Assembly (NCBI RefSeq): GCF_964355755.1
Contig: NC_092671.1
Coordinates: forward strand, 9,424,001 to 9,488,000
Source of the DNA: Antedon mediterranea
Taxonomy: Eukaryota > Animalia > Echinodermata
Direction: 5' to 3'
DNA: 64,000 bases
The translations under genes were made by a program, and so were the position numbers. The notes under the pieces were generated by a model, which saw only the letters and a list, made by a program, of their open reading frames with translations, had not been told where the DNA came from and ran no database searches. This document shows positions 12,617-24,600 of this stretch, piece by piece; the first letter of the stretch is position 1, and each line of letters opens with the position of its first letter.

Positions 12617-15600
12617 TCATTCTTCTTCACCTTCAACGAGTACCATTCCGCAATCTGTCCGTGGGGTCGCTGTTTCTTTGAAGTTCAATTTCTCATCCAA
12701 TATCTACAAATATAATATATAATAATAACTCAATTGTCAAGAAATATTTAAAATTATGTTTAATTATGTTTGAATAAAAGTAACAAATTAAGACATATTA
12801 TTTTGACCTAAACATGTTTTAAACAACAGCCAGGTAAACAAAAATAAATAAATAGGGGCGGCTCTACTATTGTATTTACAAAGCAATCTCTGATTAGTTG
12901 TCTTAATTGTAAAAAGATGACTGTTGATAAAAGCAGAAGCAATTAAAAATAAAATGTATAAAGTCCTCATTTACGTTACCAACTATTGGATTCAATACCT
13001 TGATATTGCCACCCTAGGAGTGTACGATATATTAGCCAAAGAGTCAAGTCTACTCTCTGCTTTTTCTGAGAAGTCTACCTAATCTATCTAAATCAATATT
13101 GTATGAAATAAAAATACATTTGAAACAATTAATATTAAAATTCTGTACAATAACAATAAGTCACCTAATTATTAATGTCTGTAATCATGTTTCTGTGTTT
13201 GGTATTGAGGCCAAAGGTCAAAGGTAAGGGTTGTCAAACAAGTGCTCTTTGTTGAGTTGTAGCCTCAAATTTTCAACCGATTTCAATTTATCGAGGGAAA
13301 AATAATAAATAAGATAAAAATTTTAATAAAATTTAATTATTGTACAACTCAATAAATAATTTCCCACCTGTATATTGCCACCTCCAGGCTGATGCTTAAG
13401 GTTGATCTTCGACCCGACCTTTGGCGCTGCCGTTTCTTTAAAGGTCAACTGTTCATTAAGAATCTGGATATCTCCCCCACCAGGCTTGTGTTTTATATTA
13501 ACCTTTGAGCTGACTTTTGGAGCAGCATTTTGCTTAAATTTAAGTTGTTCATTAGTGATCTGAATATCTCCTCCTCCTGGTTGGTACTTCAAATTGACCT
13601 TTGACCCAACCTTAGGCGCTGCTTTCTGTTTAAATGTGACCTGCTCGTCAACAATCTGGATGTCACCTCCTCCTGGTTTGTGTTTCAGATTATCCTTTGA
13701 TCCTACCTTTGAGGTCGTCTTACTAAAGTCCAATTTACGGTTCTCAATCTAGAATTTAATGAGATCCTTTTCATCAGAAAAAATTATGAATTTATTTTAC
13801 AAAAACATCAAAATTGTTGGCCATGTGGATGCGCATACTTATCTATTTTGGTATTGCTGACACTGATGTTGTAATTTGTTGCTGTGGGTATAACATATAA
13901 ATGTTGTTATTATTTACTTTGACCTGTCCACCTCCAGGTGTGTGCTTGGCATTGTGTAGTGACCCTATCTTACTTTGGGCCTTTTCTTTAAAGTCCACTT
14001 TTTGATTCAAAACCTGTGGAAAATATAATAATATAAATACAATATGAAATGATGAATAAAGCCTTGGCAATGCGAAATCCGTGCTTATTTTTGCTATCTT
14101 CATCTTTACTGAAAATCAATTGTGAATTGTTCAATCATAAACACTGTGTAGCTTTGTGCTGTTTTAAAATACTGAAGTCTTGAGTATTGTTGTAGGACCG
14201 TAATCAAAAGCTACCCACTATCCTATATAATTAATTTTTGTTTATAACTGAAATATCTGTATTCAGTTTGCTGTAACTTTAGAATTGAAGAGTTTTGTTT
14301 ATACAGTGTTTTATTTTTTCTTCAGATTTCTCTTTAAGATCTTTACTTAAATTATTTATAAAAATTAACATTCTAGTTTCTTGTTATTGATTACTACCAT
14401 AATGTATGTAAAATGAAAGGGTAGAGATAATATCAACAGTTCATTTCTCTGGATTGAAGACGCTGTTGATAAAAGCAGATAATTAAATTTAATGAAAAAT
14501 AAAACTAAGCATGCAATACCTGGACATTGCCACCCCTAGGAGTGTACGATCTATTGGTCAAGGAATCAAGTTTACTCTGGGCCTTTCCTGAAAAGTCTAG
14601 TTTAATGTTTGCAATCTAAATCCATGATGCCAAAATAAAAACAGTTGAAAAAAAAAGAACAACAATTAATAACATGCTACATGCATCCATGCTTTTATAA
14701 ATAACTGACCTGAGGTCAGCTGCATTAAGTGACCTGAGGTCAGCTGCAATAACTGACATGAAATCAGCTGCAATAACTGACCTGAGGTCAGCTGCAATAA
14801 CTGACCTGAGGTCAGCTGCAATAGATGACCTGAGGTCAGCTGCAATAAGTGACCTCAAGTTAGTTGTGGAGTGAGAGTAATGAAAATGTAGGCCTATCAT
14901 TTAAATTAGAAACTTATATTTTTAAATGTTTTCATTAATATTGCAATAAAATAAAAGCATAATGTTAGTATGCACCACATATACTTGTACAAAATGCATA
15001 CTAGCCATATCAAATCAAAATTGCAATTACTAATTGAGCAGTATTTTGTGGCAATGCATCGATGATGATACTATAATGCCCGAACCTAAAGATAGAATGC
15101 TACACTAAACTCCATAGTCTGAAAGTTAATAGTGCTATTCCCTGTAAAAGATCATTATCATTGTGCTGCCGTCAAAGTCCAAAGTTAATTGATCCTTCCC
15201 AAGTCAAAAGTTACAATGCTATTCCATAACTCAGAAGTTAATTGTTCTGCCTAGAGGTCAGAAGACATTATCGCTATTCCTTGTCAGAAGTTAATTGTTC
15301 TATGCCATAAACATATAATTATTCATTATAGTGTTCAAATATATTTCCGTTTGCGAAAAATGGTTTTGTTCATATTCTACACTGTGTGACCTCAAACCTG
15401 GTAGCAATTTGAATAAGAAGTCCAATGATTAATGTAAATTACTTGCTTCTACAAATTTAGAATAATATGAATGCATTATATAGGATATTGAACGAAAACA
15501 GCTTTTAGCTTAGATTTTTTTTTATTTGAGAATGCGTAAAATGTTAGTAATCATAAGCATGTGTATTATGAATTATCTATCCAACACCCAGATATAACTT

Positions 15601-18600
15601 ATTCTCCATTTACCCATTTAACATTATGATTAATATTTATCACATAATCTAATCTATAAACTACTGTAAATCCTTCAATTTTTATCTATACTCTTTTCAT
15701 TTCTCATGTCATCTTTCTACCTTTTTTTTCCATTATACTGTATACAGTATATCATAAATCATTTTTTATCTATCTTTTCATCGCTCCTTTCATCTTTCTA
15801 TCATTTTTTTATTGTAATTACATATCCATTAAATAACAACCTATATACTATATGTACTATAATCTACAAATAAATCCTTTCATTAATTGTATCTGTCTTT
15901 TTTCTTTTCATCTTTCGATTTTTTCCCCTTGTTATTAAAATATATCCATTAAATATCAACCTATGTGTGCTATTAATCTACAAATAAATCCTTCCATATT
16001 TATCAACCTATCTATCTTTCGGTGTATGTGTCGGATTAAATTACCTACAGACATGGGTACCTTACAGAATATGCACTGTCTATTACGTTATACAATCCTA
16101 TTATAGGCTTAGTTAAGCATTGATTTTCAAATAGGGTTGATACACTTGCCGTACAATACTTGCCGTCTAAATTTCAATTTGCATTTCATCCATTAATAGA
16201 TTATACACATGTGATGCCCATGAATTTATTATAACACATGCATTGCATCTTATGTGTCTATTTTTATAATTTTAATATCAATATCCTGATTTCTTTTGGA
16301 GAAAAGGAAGCACTTGAAAAATGCCAAAATTAAGGGATACATTTCAAAATTTTGTAATAAAATGTCTGATTTTTCTGAATGTACCTTTTAAACTTTTTAC
16401 TTTTAAACTAACCCCTCCATTATGTTTTCTTCAAAACTTTATAAAAAGTCTGACCCTTCATGTAATTTGTTCAGAGCTTAAAATCAATACCAGTTGAATT
16501 ATGTATTATTAGTGTCTAAGAGTTAACCAAGCACATTGAATATATTCTATGCTCGCAAAATTCCTGATTCCATGCCTCCACCATTCCTGTTAAGCAAGTG
16601 CAATTGGGAGCGTGCGGGACCTATACCTTGATTTTACCGCCGCCAGGGGTATGTCGTATGTTGTTCTTTGAACCAACTTTACTTTTCGCATTCTTCGCAA
16701 ATTCTACTTTATTGTTCATAATCTATTCAGATAAAATTGGTGAAAATAGTTTTAAAAATTCTAAAAATAGTAAATTAAAAACAAAATATAAATTTGAAAA
16801 AAAAAGTAGATCAAATACCTTACAAAAATTGTTCTCATATTATTCTACAGTATGGTATGATTTTTTGCCAAATGCGTTTTATTGCGATACATCAGAATGC
16901 AATTTGCGTATCTGATAGGTTTTGTGAACTCAATCTGAAATGCACCTGTTTTCTAAAAGCTATATAGCTATTACCAATTATGTATACAAATATTATATAA
17001 AAAGTTCTCTGAGCTATATCCTATCTATCCTCCTAGATATACTGTAAATGTATCTCAAATAATACGGCTGTAAACATCAGTTTGTAAACATTGTTGTTAA
17101 AAGTAGAAATGCTGCTGCAATATGCAAATTTTATTTTTGCCATTTAGATCGGTGTCACAAATTATATTATATATTATTTTTAATTTAAATTTATTTCAAA
17201 CACGATTTTTAGCTTAAACATCCTTTAATGTATGTTACAACCCATTTTCCCCCGTAATAATGGTGCCCCTCAACTTCGTGTCAAGGGCTTTCTGGGGCCC
17301 TCTTGAGAACCTAGTTCAGAACCTTGCTCTGCTGCCTAAACAATGTCATATTATTACTGATAAAATGAATTTTCAATTTTATATCATCTGTATCTTAATA
17401 ACATTATGCAAATTATTGTAGGGATAGGGTCAAATGTGATGACTAATGCTTTAAATAAATGAAAGCACAACAGCAACAAAATTCAATGTGCATTGTGACA
17501 AGCTTTCACAGAAATATCAATAGCTACTTTATCACGAAGCTTACAAATATAAAAACATAAAAAATGGATATAAATCTATTTATAGCATCAATCATACGAG
17601 AAATAAAAACCAAAAATAATGTAAAACATAAATAAATTGTTTTGATCATGTCTTGAAACAATATTAGCATTCAAATACACATTTAATGTAAACAAATTAA
17701 AAAATACAATTTAAACAAAATTTCTTTCTTAATTAAACCTAAACCGCAGCAACAGTAATGTATGTATTTGTAGAAAACAATTTTTAGAATATCCTTTTTT
17801 CAGTCTATTTATTAATTTATTATCTAAGTTATTGTTATCAATCTTAGTTTATTAAAATTTGTATGGAAGTCGTTAATTTCTGGGTTATACCTTTTAAGAA
17901 TTTTTTTTCCATGCAAATTATACGCACCGCAACACAAATTATAATAATGATATGTTCAAGTAAGTATATAGCTGATAAGTACTCCTGACATTTAAAGGAA
18001 ATAAGAAATTAAAGGTGAAAAAATTTACGCGTAAAAATATTTATATTCTAAAATAAATTTGATATTAAAATCGTATATTAATGATATATTTATTAGTTAA
18101 AATGTGGTCTCTTTTTAGTAAAACAAGCTTTCATACTAAAGTAACTATAAAATTACTATTAAAAAGCTAAATTACAGTAAAACAGTCAAAGCATTGTATT
18201 TGAATTCATATGGATTTTACATAACATTCTAAAGCCGCATATTTAATGATATTAAAGCATGTCAATTTTTGCAAATATGAAAATAATCCAAAAAAATGGG
18301 TTTAAGATTAAAAGTTACAAATTTGGTGTTTTTTATATCAGAAATATTCTTTATACTACTTCAGTAGAAAGTAACTTAAATATCACTTTAAATCAAATAG
18401 TAAAATGCACTTTTTATAATGCAATGTCATGCACCAGTGTAAACTAATCAAGCCTGTACTTTTAGTTAATTATGCATTACGTGTTAAAAGAATTGAAAAT
18501 TAGATTGAAACATGAAAAAATAGTACCAAAAAATGCAGGCAATTATATTGCTTTTATATGAGAAAGGTATACTGAAATGGCATTCATTAAAACATATAGT

Positions 18601-21600
18601 TAAAATACAGAGTATATATTAAAGAATTAATTAAAACACAGATTTCAAATTCATAAACTTCACTACAAAAAATAGAAATAGAAAAATATTTTGAGTTGTA
18701 GTAACCAGTTTATATGGTTTGTCAGGATAGTAGTGAGGGTCAAACATCTCCCTCTACTTTTGAATTATTAGGGACCAATTATTCGACCAATGTGGCACCA
18801 AAGAATACACTCTATAGAACTAAGTTTTAATATATTGTACTGTACAATACTTTCAATGTAGGCCTCAGAAAGAGTACCATTTTGGTGGCAAGGTTGTGTC
18901 CGTGACCAAATCAAGCCAAAGTATTCTTTGGTACCAAAGTTATACAATCAAAAAGGTCCTTAAAGTCATGCCGAGAGGATGACTCCTGTATAGTGAAGTT
19001 GATGAATAAAGGTAAACTCAAACCAAATACCCTGCATTGCTATATTACACAAAAGTTATACCTTAACATTTCCCCCTCCTGGAACATGTTTGCTGTTAGC
19101 CAGAGAACCTGTTTTACTTTTAGCCTCCTTTGAGAAGTCAAGTTTAGCATTAAATATCTATCAAAAATTAGTAAATAAAACAAAAAAAAACAAAACTATT
19201 TGAATCTAAATTCAACTACTGTACTCCTTTAGTTTTGCTGTAGTACTGTTTTCATTGCTAAATAGTATAAGTCAAGCAAGATAATCATGTTAAAATTCTT
19301 TTAATATTCTTCTTTTTCAAATGCGTCTAGGTCAAACTTCAACCCATACACATGGCTTAACAATAGGCCAATATCAATCATTAGTATTTTGTTAATCCAA
19401 ATATCAATGTGTTAAAGTAGAATTTTAGGGTGAAAAAAAACAAACTAGTATGACGTTTATTAATATATTATTCCTTCTATTAATTACTATTAGAATTTAT
19501 TTAGATCAATCAATCGAGAATTAACTGTAAATTCGAATAAATAAATTTGAAATTTCCCAATTTAACCTTATACTTACAAAATGTGTTTTGAGTACTTAAT
19601 AACATTGTTTAGTTGAAGAATTGACAATTATTATTGACTTTACCTGCACATTGCCTCCGCTTGGTTTGTGCTTAGCATTGGCCAGGGATCCACACTTTGA
19701 TTGAGTTCCACTGAAATCTAATGACTTGCTTTCAACCTTTACATTCCCACCACCTAAAATATATAATAATACTGTAATATCAAAAGTCTTAGTCAAACTA
19801 ATGAAACAAGACTGACTTATCAATTTCCAATAGCAATACCGTACTGGGATCTTTTTTTTTTTGGAAGCTGAAAAACTTGAAAAAAAGTTGGAAAATTGAT
19901 AATATTCATATTATTAAAATGTATTTTTCTAAATAGACGCTTACTATATAACTTTACAATAAAATTTAATGACAAAAAAACAAGAAGATCGACGTTTCGG
20001 AACCATCATGGAACCATGTTTAAGATCAAGTGATTGAATTATACAAAAACAACAAACACCAATGGGTAACAGGAAATACTAATTAATTGGTTAATGTTTG
20101 ATTTGATGTTTATTAACCAATTAATTAGTATTTCCTGTCACCCATTGGTGTTTGTTGTTTTTGGTATTTTTCTGATAATAATAATTCATAATTTATGAAA
20201 TAATGATAAAATAATAAATAAGTAATAATAAGCGTATATCAAAAGTTCTCCAATGCTTGTTTTTGTACAAAGTAATTTACAAATATATTTTAATTTTGTG
20301 GTGGTTTTATTTCTATTTGTTTACCTGGTTTATGCTTTATGTTTGCTTTGGATCCACACTTTGATTGAACTTGGCTATAGTCTTTTTTCTCATCTCTTAT
20401 CTTCACCTGTAAAAAGAATAGGTATTATGAGCACATAAACAAAAACTAATTTATTTAAACATAATTCAATTTTCATCGCAAAGAATGATTATCATTGACA
20501 ACTTCACCAATTAATCATTATGAATAATTAGCGCTTAGGTAGGTTTTCGCAACCTTTATATCGTAATTTATTTCTTAAACTTTTGAGCTGATCCCCTTTC
20601 ATATTCTTAAAGAGTACCGGTATTTGTTTTGTTAAGAATAAGCAGTCATATTCCAAAATGAATAAAATATATAGTTTTTGATTTATTTTATCAAATTTTG
20701 CATTGCATCAAGAATGGAAATGATACTTAGTAGTAAAAACATATTTTTATAAATACAGATTTTTTTTATAGAACTAATTTACCAAAATTTTGAGGTCAAT
20801 TTGGCGAAAATTTTAATAAATAGCCACCATAGCTATTAGAATGGCAGCCTCAACATTTTTTACATGTGAAACAGATTTTAACGGGCTTCTGAAAACATGT
20901 GGCATATATTTGTGTTTTTTTTACGTCCATATTATTATGTGAGGGAGTGTGGCGCAGTGTGTTGGACGTTCTACTACTGATCGGGGGAAATCGAGGTTCG
21001 AATCCAACTCTCGCTGCATTGCTTGTATCCTTAGGCAAGATACTTTACTTGCGTTTGCCTCCTCCACCCAGGTGTATAAATGGGTACCCAGTTAGATCAA
21101 AACACAACTTTGTGCTAATTACTAGCTGCATTATGGGAGTATGTTTCCATACGTGTTTGGTCCAAAAAATGACTGGGGTAATAATGTTCAGCGCATTGAG
21201 AGCTTGCTTACATGCGCTATATAAGAATGAACTATTATTATTACTGTATTAAATATAAAAATCATCATCAAAATTAAATCATAACCATAATGATTAAGAT
21301 ATCACACCATCACGATTATAATAATATAAGTATTTATATTTAGCACATTAAAATGATTAATGTTGCAGTTGTCTTACCTGTCCTCCTCCCGGAACATATT
21401 TGATGTTTGCAACTGACCCGACCTTTGACTTCACTTCCTTTACGTTTGGTTTCGGGCAGTCGCCAACTTTTGTCTTAGAAGGTGGATCTCGTCGTGGAGA
21501 ATCTAAAAAGTATGCAATTTAACAATTCATTAAGCCTTAAGGTCAAGTTAGATATGGTCATTTTTTTTTATAGAAAATTATGAGGTCTACTAGAAAATTA

Positions 21601-24600
21601 AATTATTTTCATGAAAAATGTTATATGGTTTTGTTCTACCATAGAATCATTTTCAACAAATGAGTATAAAAATAAATTAATATTTGAAGACATTAAAAAA
21701 ACGAAACTGTAAAATACAAGTCGCATTAAATTAGTATAATACTTACCAAGTTTACGTGGCGTTTTTACTGGAGACTTAACTCTTGGTGAAGGCATTTTCT
21801 GTAGAAGGAAGGAAACAGAATCACATATTACTAAATAAAACAGAAATTTATCCAAATGTCTAGTTTTCCTGTTCGTATTATGCTATAGTTCAGTAGATAT
21901 GTGATTCGAAAAACAGTTGTTTATCTTAAATCCTTCTCGTAAAATGTTGATAGTTGACAACACAGCACAAGATCACAATATGTTTTTACGATGCGTTCTA
22001 TTTTCATTGGTTCATGCGTAATTGTATTTTCTATCACAAAGTATTTAGGCAATTGGGCAGGCGCACATTTCGTGTTTCATTAGATTATAAAACATTTGAA
22101 ATATGTTTATTTCAATATTTAGTGGATAAAGCAAAATTGCTCATTACGCGATGAGAAGAATACAAAAATCATAATGAGATATTTAAATATATATATAAAT
22201 AGAAATCTTACTTTAGGGCTTGATCTTGGTGAACTAACTTTGGTAGATGCCTCCTGTTTAAAATATAAACATAATTTTCATTTTGACAAAAAAAAAACAG
22301 AATAGATCACATTATTTTGTATGAAATTTATAATTTTTATAATAAGCAAAGAGGTAACTGAAAAGTATGAACATTACCTTAGGACTTGATGGTGGTTCTT
22401 GATTAGTGCCAGCAGACTTTGGCCTTGTAGATAACCTTGGAATACCGCTTCTTGGACTTTGTGGCGTTGGTGACTTTGTGCCACTACTTCCAGAAGACAA
22501 CTGCCTCTTTGCAATGTCAACTGATAGTTTTGGTTTTGCAGAAGTCGCTGCTGAATCTTTCTGTTCTGGTTCTTCAGATTGTGCTTCCACTTGGTTAAGT
22601 TCTGGTTCTGGTTCCTTTACTTCTTCTTGTATTTCTGATGGTGTTTCTGGTTGTTGTTCTTCAGGCTCTGGTGTCGCTGGCTCTGGTGTCGCTGGCTCTG
22701 GTGTCGCTGGCTCTGGTGTTTCTTGCACTGGTGTATCTTGCACTGGTGCTTCGTCTAAAGCATTGTGAATTGCTTCAGATTCTTGTTCTGGTTCTGACGT
22801 AGTTTCTGCAACGTTATCACCTTCCTCCTCAGGAACATGGGCTGTTACAAATAAAATAGAAAACAGATATTTACTTACCGATTTTCAAATTCAACCAAAG
22901 ATTAATCTTTCAAATGGATTACTTTAAGTCTTTAAATTCAACTGGAGAAGTAGTCCAAATGATCAAAAACCTAGATGTATATATCCAGTTATCGCAGCTT
23001 TATTCAACACAACCTTTCTATATGGCGATTACTACATAATTGATTAGCGGCAGATATAGATGTTTGGCTTTATACTAGTAATTGCATCCGATGCACACTT
23101 TTGAATGGGTTGGAGTTGTGAAGTTGATGTGTTTTCAACACCACTTTAGGCTCTTATGTCCCTGCAGGATTTATTACCATTCCAGGCATGTAAGGCACAT
23201 TTAAATTCGCTTGATTTGCAAATTGGGATTAATGCGTGTAGGGTATTCACTTACAAACTGTATCCGTTCATTAATATAAATAGAATACATGATTATTTGA
23301 ATTAGTATGTTTATTAGCAAATATAAATGAAACAAATTACTTAATTAAAGATCACATAATTAAAGCCCCAAGAAACCAATTTTCGGCGGCCTGAATACAA
23401 AACATAGTTAGCTCTTAGATAAAGTGATGGTACTTATAGTTAAATCAAATCATAGAGGTATTATAATATCTCTATGGTTAAATTACATTCCCAAAAATAG
23501 TCCTATAGTTTTAAAGATGATATTGAACTACAGTAAATATAAATAATTCTATAAATTCTGATAAAAAAAATGGCTTCCATTGGGACACTCCTAGTACAGT
23601 AAGAAACATACAAGGAGTAATGTATGTTTTATGACCAACCCTTCATTCAGGGAATGTTCCTATTGGGATCCTCAAGTCCCTTTATTTATCTATTCAATCA
23701 ATTATTCGTAATGTAGAAAATTAAGATACATCTTGGTATTTAAAGTAAGATTAAATCCTACACCAAGTGCGGTATGTTTTGTGTTTTATATTCCCTAGCA
23801 TTTATTGACTGTTTATGTAAGAGTACCATACAATATTCCATGTTTAAACAAAGTCATTCATTTGTTTATTTTGCCAACTGTGAATGACTGGCAGTGTAAA
23901 TGTACATTACAACTTATGAACATTTTAATAAGTTGCAGAAAGAAATGTAGAATAGAATACAACATTATCCCTCCTTGTGTTTGTAAATATGTTTGAACAT
24001 GGACAAGAATATTCTTATTCTTTCTCTATGGTTTACATAAACAATGCCTACACCCTAGTTGTCACAATAATAATGTTGTAGTAATTAGTATTGAAATAGA
24101 AAATGATTATTCATAAGCAAGAACTTATTCTTTAGTGAATGAGAAAAAAAAACACTTCTTTTCGCTATGAAAATAAATAATTATCACTATTTGGAAATAA
24201 ATATAGCACTGGCATTTTTTCAACAATTAAAAAGAATACAAATTTCTAGAATTATTTATATCTTTATGTATTGATCACTGAATTTGTTGTCAACTATCAG
24301 TACTTTGTAAGATGTTGCCCCAGGTTATATATTAGGTGGTGAAAAACCTCCGAATTGACGCCGATTTCAACCTCATCATTCTAGTCTATTTGTACTTTAT
24401 TTCCTGCATTAATTCATTGAATCACTGGCACCATTTTAATCTCACTTGAATGCCTGATTCGTATCTAATTAACAAATTTCCTCTCTTTCTCGTAACATAT
24501 ACAAAGTTAATGTGTAACCTTCAATGCTATATCTGATTGTGTAATGAAAAATAATGACATACATTTAAATATTTATCAACTAAAAAATGGCATGATTTAA

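Noticed and set aside
14616-14900. ORF with repeated IAADLRSV
   Set aside because: It is the translation of the 24-bp intronic minisatellite and stops at the R6 acceptor.
22406-22768. Plus-strand Ser/Gly-rich ORF (similarly 7940-8221 and 58346-58584)
   Set aside because: These are antisense shadows of real exons.
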